Shown here: positions 46,831-60,164 of the stretch, in pieces
How the letters are laid out: each line of letters begins with the position of its first letter
Numbering within the stretch: the stretch's first letter is position 1
From: Mobula hypostoma
Lineage: Eukaryota
NCBI RefSeq assembly: GCF_963921235.1
Contig: NW_026948142.1
Coordinates: 124,001 to 188,000, forward strand
Reading direction: 5' to 3'
Length of the DNA stretch: 64,000 bases
The notes under the pieces: model-generated
The model's database searches: none
Told to the model about the DNA's origin: nothing
What the model saw: only the letters and a program-made list of their open reading frames with translations
Made by a program: the position numbers and the translations under genes

Positions 46831-49800
46831 ACCATAAGACAATGAAATATAGGAGCAGAATTAGGACATTTGGCTCATTAAATCTGCTCTGCCACTTCAT
46901 CATACCTGACCCAGTTTTACTGTCTGCCCCAATCTCCTGTCTTCCCCCCGTTTCCCTTTATGCCCTGATCAATCAAAAATCTGTCAACCTCTGCCTTAAA
47001 TATACATAAAGACTTGGCTCCACAGCTGCCAGTGGCAGAGAATTCCACAGATTCAACACTCTCTGGCTAAAGAAATTCGTCCTCATCTCCATTCTAAAAG
47101 GACACCCCTCTATTCTGAGGCTGTCCTCTGGTTCAAGACTCTACCAGCATTGGAAACGTCCTCTCCACATCCACTACATCAAGAGCTTTCACCATTCAAA
47201 AGCTTTCAATGAGGTCACCCCTCATTCTTATGAATTCTAGTGAATACAGGCCCAGAGCCATCAAGTCGTCTTCATATCACAAGCCATTCTATCCTGGAGT
47301 CATTTTCGTTAACCTCCTTTGAACCCTCTCCAGTTCAGCATATCCTTTCTGAGATAAGGGGCCCAAACCTGCTCACAATACTCCAAGTGAGGCCTTGCCA
47401 GTGCTTTATGAAGTCTTAACATTACATTCTTGCTTTTATATTCTAGTTCTCTTGAAATAAATGCTAACATTGTATTTGCTTTCCTCACCACAGATTCAAC
47501 CTGCAAATGAACCTGTAGTGAATGCTGCACAAGGATTCCCATCCCTTTGTGCCTCAATTTTTTGTATTTTCTCTCCACTTATATAATAGTCAACCCTTTC
47601 ATTTCTTCTACCAAAGTGCATGATGATACACCTTCCAACACTATATTCCATCTGCCATTTCTTTGCCCATTTTCCTAATCTGTCTAAGTCCTTCTGTAGT
47701 CTCTCTACTTCCTCAACACTACCTACCCCACCACCTACCTTTGTATCATCTGCAAGCTTTGCAACAAAGCCATCAATTCCAACATCCAAACTATTGACAT
47801 ACAATGTGAAAAGAATCAGTCCCACCACAGACCCCTACACCAACACCACTAGTCACTGACAGCCAACCAGAAAAGGTTTTGCCTCCTGCCGATCAGCCAC
47901 TGCTTAATCCATGCTAGAATCTTTCCTGTAATACCAAGGGCTGAAAGTTTGTTAAGCAGCCTTGTGTGTGGCACCTTGTCAAAGGCCTTTTGAAAATCCA
48001 AGTACACAACATCAACTGATTCTCCTTTGTCAATCCTACTTGTTATTTCTTCAAAGAACTCCAATAGATTTGTCAGACAAGATTTTCCCTTGAGGAAACC
48101 ATGCTGACTAAGGCCTATCTTATCACGTGCCTCCAAATACCCTGAGACCTCATCCTTAATAGTCGACTCTAACACCTTCTCAACCACTGAGGTCAGACTA
48201 ATGGGCCTATAGTTTCTTCTGCCCCTCTCCCTTCTTAAGAGTGGAGTGACATTTGCAATTTTCCATTCTTCCAGAACCATTTCAAAATCTAGTGATTGCT
48301 GAAAGTTCATTACTAATGCCTCCACAATCTCTTCAGCCACCTTTTTCAGAACCCTGGGGTGTACACATCTGGTCCTGGTGACTTATCTACCTTCAGATCT
48401 TTCACTTTCCTAAGAACCTTCTCTGTAGTGATGGTAACTTCACACACCTCATGATCCTGACACCTGGAACTTCCATCAAACTGCTAGTGTCTTCCACAGT
48501 GAAAACTGATGCAACATACTTATTTAGTTCATCTGTCATTTCTTTATCCCCATTACTACTTCTCGAGCTTCATTTTCCAGTGGTCCAATAATCACTCTTG
48601 CCTCACTTTTACACTTTATGTGTCTGAAGAAACTTACAGTATCCTCTATAATATTATTGGATTGCTTACTTTTGTATCCATATTTACCTTCTTAATGACT
48701 TTTTAAATTGCCTTCTGTTGGTTTTTAAAAACTTCCTAATCCTCTAACTTTCCTCTAATTTTTAATCTATTAGATGCCCTCTCTTCAGCTTTTATATTGG
48801 CCCTGACTTCTCTTGTTAGCCACAGGTGTGTCACCTTTCCTTTAGAGTATTCCTCCTTTGGGATGTACTGTATATATCCTGTGCCTTCTGAATTACTTCT
48901 AAAAATTCCAGCCATTGCTGCTGTGCTGTCATCCCTGCCAGTGTCCTTTTCCAATCAGTTCTGGTCAACTCCTCTCTCTGTAATTTCCTTTACTCCACTG
49001 TAATACTGATATGTCTGACTTTAGCTTCTTCTCAAATTTAGAGTGAATGCTATCATATTATGATCACTTGCCCCTGTGGGTTCTTTTGCTTTTAGGTCTC
49101 TAAGCAATTCTAGTTCATTACACAGCACCCACTCAAGAATAGCTGATTCCCTAGTGGGCTCAACCATGAGATGCTCTAAAAAGCCATCTCATAGGCATTC
49201 TAGAAATTCCCTCTCTTGGAATCCAGCACCAACCTGTTTTCCAATCTACCTGCATATTGGAGTCCCCCATGACTATTGTAACATTGCCCTTTTGCGTGCA
49301 TTTTCTGTCTCCCATTGTAATTTGTACACCACATCCTTACTACTGTTTGGAGGTCTGTATTCAACTCCCATCAGGGTCTTTTTACCCTTGTAGTTCCTTA
49401 GCTTGATACACCTTCTGACCCTATGTCATCTCTTTCTAATGATTTGATTTCATTTTTTACCATCAGACCAACGCTGCCCCCTCTGCCTTCCTGACTGTCC
49501 TTTTGATACAATGTGTATCCTTGGACATTAAGCTCCCAGCTATAATAATCTTTCAGCCACGGTTCAGTGATGCCTACAACATCATATCTTCCAATCTGCA
49601 GCTGTGCTGCAAGTTCATCTACCTTATTCCGTATTCTGCGTGCATTCAGATACAACTCAGTCCTATATTCGCCCTTTTTGACTTTGTCTGCCTTTTGCAT
49701 TGTATTGACTGCAATTTTGCCCAATCAGCAACCTCACTACACATTGCTTCTATTTGTACACCAACTACCTCATCTTCAGCGCTATTTTCCACCTTTCCTC

Positions 49801-50965
49801 TGGTACTTCTTACATTGAAATATATGCAGCTCAGGACACTAGCTGCAACATCCTCAACCTTTTAATTCCTAACTTTGTCTGCGGTCTTACCAACATCTGC
49901 CTCCACAACCTCTCCACTAACTGTTCTGGCACTCTGGTTCCCATCCCCCTGCAACTCTAGTTTAAACGTCAACATGCAGCATTAACAAACCTTCCCCTCC
50001 AGTTCAGGTGTAAAGCATCCCTTATGTACAGGTCCCACGACCCTACAAGAGAGCTCAATAATCCAAAAATCTTATGCCCTCCTTCTACACCAACTCCTTA
50101 GTTACATATTAGACTGTATAATCTTGCTAGTTCTGGCCTCACTAGTACATGACACAGGTATAAGTCCTGAATCACAGCCCTGGAGGTCCTGACCTTTAAT
50201 TTAACATTTAATTCCCTGAACTCTCTATGCAGAACCTCGTCACTCAACCTACCCATGTCTTTAGTACCTACATGGACCATGACTTCTGGCTGTTCACCCA
50301 CCCATTTAAGAATGCTGAGGACTCGATCCGAGATATCCCAGTCCCTGGCACCTGGGAAGCAACATACCATCCAGGATTCTCGTTCTCACCCACAGAAACT
50401 CCTGTCCATTCCCCCAACTACTGAATCCTTTATCACCACAGCATGTTCCTTCTCCCCATCCCCCTTCTGAGTCACAGAGGCAGATTCAGTGCCAGAAACC
50501 AGACCACAGTGACTTTCCTCTGTTAGGTCATCCTCTCCAACAATATCCAAAGTAATGTACCTGTTATTGAGGGAGATGGCCACATGAGTTCTCTGCACTG
50601 GCTCCATATACCCTTTCCTCTTCCTGACTGTCACCCAGTTTCCCGTGTCCTGCACCTCTCCACTATCACCCCACTCCCCAGCCTCTCAAATGATCCAGAG
50701 TTCATCCAGTTCCAGCTCCAACTCCTTAACGCAGATTGTTAGAAGCTGCAGCAGGATGTACCTCTCGTAGTTGTAGTCAGTAGGGAGGCTGCCTTCCACA
50801 TCCCGCAAGAGGAGCATTCAACTATCCTACCTGGCAGCTGGACTGTCCTAGCTGAACAGATATAAAGAAAGGAAAAAAAAACTTAACCTTGAACTTTTCT
50901 TTCCTTTGCTTTCTCTAACTAAAGCCTCGAAGAACTAAAGGCTCAAGATCACCACTCTGACGCTG
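46831..50965 (-). mobile_element. Near-full-length, older CR1 LINE
   Basis: Minus-strand ORFs 47309-50655 cover RT, endonuclease and ORF1. Confidence 0.85.
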
Positions 50966-53900
50966 CCTAGCTTCTTAGGCTCCTCTTGGACACTGGTATC
51001 ATTGTTGACTTTTTGAAGCAGGTGGGAACTTCCAACTGCAGCAATGAGAAATTGAAAATGTCCTTGAACACCCCCACCAATGGTTGGCACCGGTTTTCAA
51101 AACCTTAGCAGGTACTCCATCAGAACCTCCCACCTTACGAGGGTTCACTCTCCTGAAAGACAGCTTGGAGATCACAGGGTCACCAGGTGTTGCAGGAGTC
51201 CTCATAGCTGTAGTTTTATTCTCCCTTTCAAAGTAAGCATAAAAAGCATAGAGCTCATCTGGGAATGAAGCATCACCGCCATTCATGATGTTGGGTTTTG
51301 CTTTGTAGGAAGTAATGGTGCGCAAAGCCTGCCAGAGTTGACGTGCATCTGAAGTTGCCTCCAACCTCAATTGGAAATGTTCCTTAGCTCTTGAAATAGC
51401 CCTCTACAAGTCATACCTTGTTTTCTCATGCAGACCTGGGTCACCATTGTTGAATGCCACAGATCTAGCATTCTGCAGGCTATGAACCTCCTGGGTCATC
51501 AATAGCTTTTGATCTGGATATGTACAGTAGAAATCCAAACAACATACACAAAATGCTGGAGGAACTCAGCAGGCCAGGCAGTGTCTCGTAGACACACACT
51601 CATCCACACAGGTTTTAATGAAGTCAGTGTAAACTGTGACATAGATGAATCCCTGAATACAGTCCAGCCCACCGATTCAAAACAGTCCTGTAAGCACTCC
51701 TGCACTTCCCTTGTCCAAGCCTTTTTGGTCCCCACTGCTAGTGTTGCAGTCTTCAGTCTCTGCCTTTTCTCAGGGAGTAGAAGTACAGCCAGGTGGTCAC
51801 ACTTTCCAAGCTGGGTGTGTGATAGCACAGTAAGCATTTTTGATGTTGGTATAACAGCGCTCCAGTGTTTTGGTTCCTCTGGTCCTACAAGTGATTTGTT
51901 GGTAATAATTATTTAGAGTCATTTTCAAGCTAGCCTGTTTAAAATTCCGCAGAATAATGAGGAAGACATCATGTACTGTCTCATGCCTGTTGATCACATC
52001 GCACAGTTCATCTAGAGTCTGTTTGACATTGGCCTGCGTACAATCACTGAAATCTCCTGTAGCAGGTAAATGGCACTTGATTGCGAGGTGTTCCAGGTCT
52101 GGTGAACAGGACCCGGCACAGTGTTGCCATGTTTGTACACCATGAGGTGTTGATCATGAAGCATACTTCACTACCCTTGGCTTTAAAAGACTCAGCAATC
52201 CTATCTTGGTGGTATATTGTGAACCCGCCATTCTGAATAATTACATCTGGGTTGGAAGGGGTTAACCAAGATTCCATGAAATAAAAGGCACAAGTGGTCC
52301 TAATGTCCTTGTGATTCAGCACCCTAGCTCTGAGATCTTCAATTTTATTTACCAGAGACTAGGTTTGCCAGCAAGTAATTGATATTAGGAGTTGAAAACC
52401 TTGTCTTCTTAAATGCACTTTTAGCCCAGCACAACTACTCTTATGCCATCTTAAAGGGGCAAGGCTCCGGCCAGAGTCCGATCTATTTCTGTCATTATTG
52501 ATTAGCGATAGATTATTTAATCGCATTAAAACATTGTTACTAACTGTACAAACCTTAGATGCAGTTTTGGGTTCTCAGCTGCAGTAGGCTGAAACGAGAG
52601 TATTTGATTGTTTCTATTAGAGCTGCCGCACAAATTGCCTTTATCGATAGTGCTCCTTGCAAACAAAAACAAATCAAAATAGTCAGGAATCTATTCTTTT
52701 ATTTGGAGCACACAATGCTTAATTAGGACAGGGAACTGTTGCTGAACATTTTCCAACTCTCATCAGTCGCAAGTATGTTGTGTGGCCACTAGGCACTACT
52801 CTGTGCTTAGAGCAAACAGTTTTTAAATAGTGTCTCTGACATGTTTATATTCAAAAAGCACTGATTTTTGTCACTGATAGTGGGTGAATGATAAACAGTA
52901 AGACAATCTGGAACCATTTTTCTCACTGTGCAGTTTCAAGTATTCAGGCTTGGAGATGCCAGAAATTTGAAGGCATCAGCAATCATCTTGAATGTTACAA
53001 TGAAAATGAAGATTTGGAGGATGCAATCATCGAAAGCATTGTTTGAAGGCAGTCCACTTTGTACGATGTGTCTGCACTGATTTTGTTCATTTACAGTTAA
53101 TCAAAACAGCTCATCACTGTACACTAATGATTTCCTCCATCAATAACTATTAGGAACTAATAGTTTTAAGTACCGTTGTGGTATTGGTGATGTTCTAATT
53201 TATTCTGTATTTTATTTAAATATATAATTTGTTACTCAGTTTGTCTTTTACATCTTTTGAACTATTTCCATGAAATTTTGGCTAATTGGTGCAGCTGCTT
53301 AATTGAGCCAAAATGTGCTGGTTCCGATATGTCCCAATTAACTGGAATCTGCTGCATACAAAATTATGAGGAGTGTAGATAGGATTAATGCAAGCAGACC
53401 TTTTCCACTGAAGTGAGGTTGGGTGAAACTAAAATTGGAGTTGGGTCATGGGTTAAGAGTGAAAGGTGAAATGTTTAAAGGAACATGAGGGGGAACTTCA
53501 TCACTCAGAGGGTGGTGAAAGTGTGGAATGAGCTACCAGTGGAAGTGGTGATGTGGATTCAATTAACGTTTAAGAGATATTAGATTGGGTACATGGATGG
53601 GAGGAGTGTGAAGGGCTATGGTCCAGGTGCAGGCCAATGGGACTAGGCAGATTAAGAATATAAGAAATAAACGCAGAAGTAGGCCATCTGGCTTTTCGAG
53701 CTTGCTCCGCCATTCAATAAGATCACGACTGATCTGGTCATGGACTCACCTACTTGCCATTTTCTCATAACCCTTAATTCCCCGACTTTGCAAAAATCTA
53801 TCCGGCCTTGTCTTAAAATATATTTATTGAATTAGCCCCGCTGCTTCATTGGGTAAAGAATTTTTCACAGATTCTCCACTCTGGCAAAAGCAATTCCTCC

Positions 53901-54479
53901 TCATCTTCATCCTAAATCTACTCCCTTGAATCTTGAGGCTATGTCCCCTAGTTCTAGTCCCACCTACTAGTGGAAACAACTTTCCTGCCTCTATCTTATC
54001 TATCCCTTTCATAATTTTATATGTTTCTATAAGATCTCCTCTCATTCTTCTCAATTCAATTACTAGTTTATAATAGATTCATAGTTTGGCAAGGACTAGA
54101 TGGGCCAAAGGGCCTGTTTCTGTGCTGTAGTGTTCCATGACACTTTCCATAAGGATGCTCTGAAACACTGTCTTCCTGAGCAATAGTTTCCCCTCTACCA
54201 TAGTGAATAAAGCACTTGTCTGCATCTACCTGAGGCAGGAATCATGCCACCACCTTCCAGCTAGCGCAGTAAAGTGTTATGCTGACAGCTCACTACTATG
54301 CCACTCCTACATTCATATCCAAATCATTAATGTATATATCAAATAGTAAGGGTAGCAGCACGAATCTCTATGGTACACCGCTGATAGCAGGCTTTCAGTC
54401 ACAAAAACAACCCTCTTGTCTCATATTACCCAGCCAACTTTGCATCCAATTTGTCAACTTGCCTTTTGGAGTTGATTGC

Positions 54480-55416
54480 TGTGACGGGGTCCTGAATTAC
54501 CCCTATGAACTGAGCTTTTGAAAGGAGAGAGAGAGAGTTATTTAACACCAACATGTTGGTTTGAGAGGGAGAGGGACGAAGACTAACTGTTGGACTGTCA
54601 CTTTAAGGCATTGGAAGTAACTTTTGGATTTCTGCTGAGTTGGAGACAGCACCGAGCAGCTCGTAAGTTGCTATGGTGACCGAGGGCGTTATTTAATGGA
54701 CACTCGATGTTATGATTTTCGGCAGGTTGTTGATACTTCTCAAGGACAGTTTGCCTGCTTGTATTTCTTACACAGAGAGAGGAAGGAGGAGTTATTTGAA
54801 TGACAGTTGATGCTCAGCCCCGGAGGATAAATAGGGGGTCAGATGATATAGACCTCAGACACATGTTTGGACACTGAAGGAGCATTGTTGTGCCTGCAGA
54901 AAAAGTGGGTTTTGGAGGATCGATCAGTGGCTCTTGCAGTGAAAAGAGGAAAGGGGTTGACTGGTGAGGAGTTGTCCATGTGCCCACCCTTGCCTGGGGG
55001 ATAGCTCCACCACAGAAAACCGGTCCCCTTTGTTAAAGTCACAGTCGGTGACTTTTAAAGGATTTCAAAGGACAACGAGAAGATTGGCGGTGTCAGCTCA
55101 CCTGAAGACTCAAATCTCTCCCTCTCTCTCTATCACTACTCAACTCAATACCATGAACTGAACTGTACTGAACTTCACTCATCATCGTAAGACTGTATCT
55201 TTTTACCCCTAGATGTAAAGAAGCTTGGTTTTTCTTTCATACATATATATTTCACACTTACTTTTATATAATCATTGCTAACCTGTTTGATTTATCTACA
55301 TTTATATTACTGTATTGCATAGTTACTAATAAATATTATTAGTTTATAGCAATACTGGACTCCAAAGTGTTTTCCATCTCTGCTGGTTCTTTATTCCCGT
55401 CATGGGGTACATGACA
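54480..55416. mobile_element. Solo LTR (937 bp)
   Basis: TGTGAC...TGACA ends; 5-bp TSD ATTGC (54475-54479, 55417-55421); AATAAA near 55328. Confidence 0.85.
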
Positions 55417-55521
55417 ATTGCCGAGTGGGAGGTACGAAAGTCCACGTAAAATACATCAGCTGCGCCGCCCTCAGCTCTGTTGTCACCTCAAGTTGATCAC
55501 TGTGTCGTACTGTCTTCCCAG

Positions 55522-55583
55522 GTTCCAACCATTATGGCATCGCAGGCTTCTATTCCATGCAAGCTGTGAAATGTGGCCTCATT
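55522..55583 (+). CDS. Ldh_2-family oxidoreductase, exon 4 (GSNHYGIAGFYSMQAVKCGLI)
   Basis: ttcccAG acceptor; donor GTGAGT at 55584; 62 nt, phase 1-0. Contains the S-N-H-x-G-x-x-G-x-Y motif. Confidence 0.92.
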
Positions 55584-55639
55584 GTGAGTAAGATGTGCAA
55601 AAAATGTGATTTGGAAGATTGACCTGTTACACACATATC

Positions 55640-58600
55640 CTTGCAGACAGGTTCGCTAGGGCTGTTCAGGAGAGTTTAAAATAATCAAGCAAGAGAATGG
55701 GAACTGGAGTGAGAGGACTGAGGATAGGGTAGTTGGTTTACAAACAGAGGCAGCGTGTGGGTAGACAGCTCGCAAGCAGAAATTGAAGATAGGGAAAATT
55801 GCAATCAACAAGATGAGTTGCAAAGTAAAAAGGGGACAAGTTGAAAAGGGTGATGAATACAGTACAGAAGGTGTTAAAAGACCATAAGATTATCTTTGTT
55901 CCAAATGGACGTCCTTGTATTTTGAGGTTGTGTCCTCTAGTATTATACTACCCCACCACAGGAAACATCATCTCCACATTCATTTACTGAGGCCTTTCAA
56001 CATTCAGTAGGTTTCAGAGAAACCTCATTCTTCTGAATTCAAGTGTGTGCAGGCTCAGAGCCATTAAACACTCCTCATATGAGAAGCCTTTCTATCCTGG
56101 CAGTTTTGAATATTATACTTCTATGCATGCAGCATACGGAATAAGGTAGATAATCTTGTAGCACAGTTACAGATTGGCATGAATGACGTTGTGGGCATCG
56201 CTGAAACATGGCTGAAAGATTATAGTTGGGAGCTTAGCATCCAAGGATAAATATTGTATCGAAAGGATCGGCAAGTAGGCACATGGGGTGGGATGGTTCT
56301 ATAGGTGAAAAAATGAAATCAAATTAGGTAGAAGTGGCATAGGATCAGAAAGTATAGAATCGTTGTGGGTAGATCTAAGAAACTGCAAAGGTAAAAAGAC
56401 CCTGATGGGAGTTATTTACAGACTGCCAAACAATAGCAAAGATGTGGTCTACAAATTACAACAGGAAATTAAAAATGCATGTCAAGAGGGCAATGATACG
56501 ATAGTCAAGAGAGATTTCAATATGCAGGTCGATTAGGAAAATCAGATTGGTGCTGGATCCCAAGAGAGGTAATTTGCAGAATGCCTATCAAACGGCTTTT
56601 CAGAGCAGCTTGTGGTTGAGCCCACTAAGGGCATCAGGTATTCTGGAGTTGGTGTTGTGCAATGAACTAGAATTGATTAGAAAGCTTAAGGTAAAAGAAC
56701 CTTTAGGGGATATTGATCATAATGTGAGAGATTTCACCCTGCAGTTTGAGAAGGATGTGGAAGACTAATCTAGAAGGTTAAGATGCATGGGGTCCGCGGC
56801 AAATAGGCTGTTTGGATTCAGAACTGACTTGCGCATAGATACAGGGGATAGTGGTTGAAGGGACTTCTTCCGTCTGGAGGTCTGTCATTAGTAGTGTTCC
56901 GCCGCGATCTGAGCTGGGACCTCTGCTGTTAATCATGTATATAAATGACCTGGATGACAATGCAGATGGGTGGGTTAGGTAGATCCCAAAGTAGTAGTAT
57001 TCTAAAGGCAGGATAACACAACCACTGCTGACAAGACAAGTCAAAGAGAAGGTATTTAATATTGCAAAAATTAGTGGGAAGTTAGAGGATTGACAAGATT
57101 GTAAAAAACAACAGAAGGCAACTAAGAAAGTCATAAATAAGGAAAAGACAGAATATGAAAATAAGCTAGCCAATAATATTAAAGAGGATACCAAAGGTTC
57201 CTTCAGATACATAAGGTGTAAAAGAGAGACGAGAGTAGATATTGGACTGCTGAAGTGATGCTGGAGAGATAGTAATGGGAGACAGGAAATGGCAAAGGAC
57301 ACTATGGTGCAGCATAATATGGAAGACACCAGCAGTGTGCCAAAGGTCTGTGAGTGTCAGGGAGCAGGAGTGAGTACCATTGCTATTACAAAGGAAAAAG
57401 TGCTAAGCAAACTCAAAGGCCTTATGGTGGACAAATCACCTGGACCAGATGGACTACATCCCAGAGTTCTGAGAGGTTGCTAAAAAGTTAGCAAATGCAT
57501 TGGTTATGATCTTTCGAGAAACACTTGACTCTGGCATGGTTTGAGAGGACTGGAAGATTGCAAATATCTCTCCATTCTTTAAGAAGGGAGCAAGGCAAAG
57601 GGTTATAGGCCACTTTATAGATCATGCTAGCCTCAGTGTTGGAGTCTATTATTAAGGATGAGGATTCAGAGTACTTGGAGACTAATGATAAAATAAGTCA
57701 AAGTCAGCATAGTTTCTGTGAAGGGAAATCTTGCCTGACAGATCTATTAGAGTTTTTCGAGGAAGTAACAAGCAAGGTGGACAAAAGAGAGGCAGTGCTC
57801 ATCATTTCCTTTGGTTTTCAGTAGGCATTTGATAAGGTGCCGCACATGAGGCTGCTTAGCAAGATAAAATCCTATGGCATTACAGAAAAGATACTGGCAT
57901 GAATAGAGGAATGACTGATAGGCAGGAGGCAGTAAGTGGGAATAAAGGGGGCCTTTTCTGGTCGGCTGCCAGTGGTTAGCGGTGTTCCTCAGTGGTCAGT
58001 ATTGAGGCTCTTCACGGAAGAATAAGGGAGGATTTCACATTGTTTGTCAATGATTTAGGTAATGGAATTGATGGCTTTGTAGCAACATTTGTGGATAATA
58101 TGAAGATAGGTGGAGGGGTAGGTAGTGCTGAGGAAGCAATGAGATTGCAGCAGGACTTAGACAAATTGGAAGAATGCGGAAAAAAAGTGGCAGATGAAAC
58201 ACAATGTTGGGAAATGTATGATAATGCATTTTGGTAAAAGAATCAACAGTGCAGACTATATTCTAAATGAGGAGAAGGTTCAAACATCAGAGGTGCAGAG
58301 GGGCTTAGGAGTCCTTGTGCAAAACTCCTAAATGGTTGAATTACAGGTTGTGAATGTGGTAAAGAAGGCAAATGCAATATTGACATTTATTTCAAGGGGA
58401 ATAGAATATAAAAGCAAGGAGATAATGCTGAGCTTTTATAAGACACTAGTCAGGCTGCACTTGGGAGTGTTGTCAACAGTTTTGGGCCCCATGTCTCAAA
58501 AAGGATGTGTTGTCATTGGAGAGAGTCCAGAGAAGGTTCACGAGGTTGATTCCAAGAATGAAAGGGTTACCATATGAGGAGCATTTGGCAGCTTAGGGCC

Positions 58601-59845
58601 TGAAGAATGCCGAGGGATCTCATTGAAACCAACCGAATATTGAAAGGACTAGATAAGGTGGATGTGGAGGGGATATTTTTTGTGGTGGGGGTATCCAGAA
58701 CTAGAGGGCACAGCCTCAAAATTGAGGAGCAACCATTTAGAACAGAGGTAAGGAGGATTTATTTTTGTGGCAGAAAGTAGTGAATCTGAGGAATGCTGTG
58801 CCACAGACTGCAGTGAAGGCCAAATCCATGGGTATACTTAAAGCGGAAGTTGATAGTTTCCTGATTGGTCAGGTCATCAAAGGACATAGCGAGAAGTCAG
58901 GTGTAAGGGTTGAGTGGATTACAGGATCAGCCATGATGGAATGGCAGAGTACACTCTATGGGCTGAATGGCCTAATTCTGCTCCAATGTCTTATGGGACT
59001 TGGGAATCCTTTTGCAGGATTCCCTAAAGGTTAATTTGCAGGTGAGAAAGGCAAATGCAATGTTAGAACATAGAGCATATAAATCTACACCACATCACAG
59101 GCCCTTAGGCCCACAATGTTGTGCGGACCATGTAACCTACTCTAGAAACTGCCTAGAATTACCCTACTGCATAGCATCCTATTTTTCTAAGTGATGTTAG
59201 CATTCATTTTAAGAGGACTAGAATATAAAAGCAACGATGTAATGTTGAGGCTTTATAAGACACTGGTGAGGCCTCACTTTGAGTATTGAGCGCAGTTTTG
59301 GGCTCCTTATCTAAGAAGGATGTGCTAACATTGGAGAGAGTTCGAAGCGGTTTCACAAAAATGATTCCAGGATTGAAAGGCTTATCATATGACAATCACT
59401 TGATGGCTCTGAGCCTGTACTCACTGGAATTTGGAAGAATAAGGGGAGAATCTCATTGAAACGTGTAGAATGTCAAATGACCTCAATAGAGTGGATATGG
59501 AGAGGATTTTCCCCAAACTGGGAAATTTAAGACCAGTGACACAGCCTCAGAATAGAGCAGTATCCACTTAGTATGCAGATGAGGAGGAATTTCTTTAGCC
59601 AGAGTGGTAAATCTGTTAAATTTGTTGCAATGTACAGCTGTGGTGGCCAAGTCATTGGTTATATTTAAGGCAGAGATTGTTAGGTTCTTGATTAATCCAG
59701 GCATGAAGGCATACAGGGTGGGCAGAATGCAGGAGATTGGGTCTGAGAGGGAAATGGATAAGCCATGATCAAATGGCAAAGCAGATGGGTCAAATGGCAA
59801 AGATAGGTAAAATGGCCTATTCTGCTCCTATATCTTATGGTTTTA
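55640..59845 (+). mobile_element. Decayed, nested CR1 elements filling intron 4
   Basis: Fragmented endonuclease and RT ORFs 56547-59194. Confidence 0.8.
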
Positions 59846-59875
59846 TAACAACATTTTTCTCTTTGTATTCTTTAG

Positions 59876-59929
59876 GGGATGTCTTGTACCAACACCTCTC
59901 CATTTGTGGTGGCAACCAGAGCAAAGGAG
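59876..59929 (+). CDS. Ldh_2-family oxidoreductase, exon 5 (GMSCTNTSPFVVATRAKE); gene continues beyond the window
   Basis: Long polypyrimidine tract + tttAG; donor GTAACA at 59930; 54 nt, phase 0-0. The G-x-x-x-T-N motif normally precedes GTNP in this family. Confidence 0.9.
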
Positions 59930-60164
59930 GTAACATTTTAGCTAACCAACATTTGCTGAGCCAGCATTCTATTTACAGGGTACCTTCTGTCACCCACAAG
60001 GTGTCATAAACTGTGGTTCCTGTTACCAGATTAGGGAATAAATTTGTTTTCAAAACGGCAGCAGGAACCAATCCCCTGGACCCTCATCTGATCTACCTTT
60101 CACTTCTCAGCTGATCTGAGACATGGAGAAACACAGCAGTGAAATAACCCATTGGGCATGTTGG

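Larger units (their letters stand above)
38995..52660 (-). mobile_element. Rex1/Babar LINE in three pieces (38995-40085, 46575-46830, 50990-52660)
   Basis: MKCFERLV, NPRKVGGSDGV, DHLAVLLLP, FMESWL on minus. Confidence 0.8.
38942..53354. mobile_element. Tc1/pogo (Tigger-like) DNA transposon remnant, expanded by about 13.7 kb of nested LINEs
   Basis: Imperfect TIRs CAATGGGTTCCGGTTAATTGG (38942-38962) and CCAATTAACTGGAATCTGCTG (53334-53354). The flanks rejoin into one CR1 3' fragment. Confidence 0.65.

Noticed and set aside
18435..59929. Bacterial contamination or recent horizontal transfer of the Ldh_2 gene
   Set aside because: Four long spliceosomal introns full of host transposons, plus a CpG-island promoter, indicate a long-resident gene.
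60058..60095. AAGTNPLDPHL reading after exon 5, resembling the expected GTNP motif of exon 6
   Set aside because: No in-phase AG acceptor upstream, and the following residues do not fit the family before a stop. Treated as coincidence.
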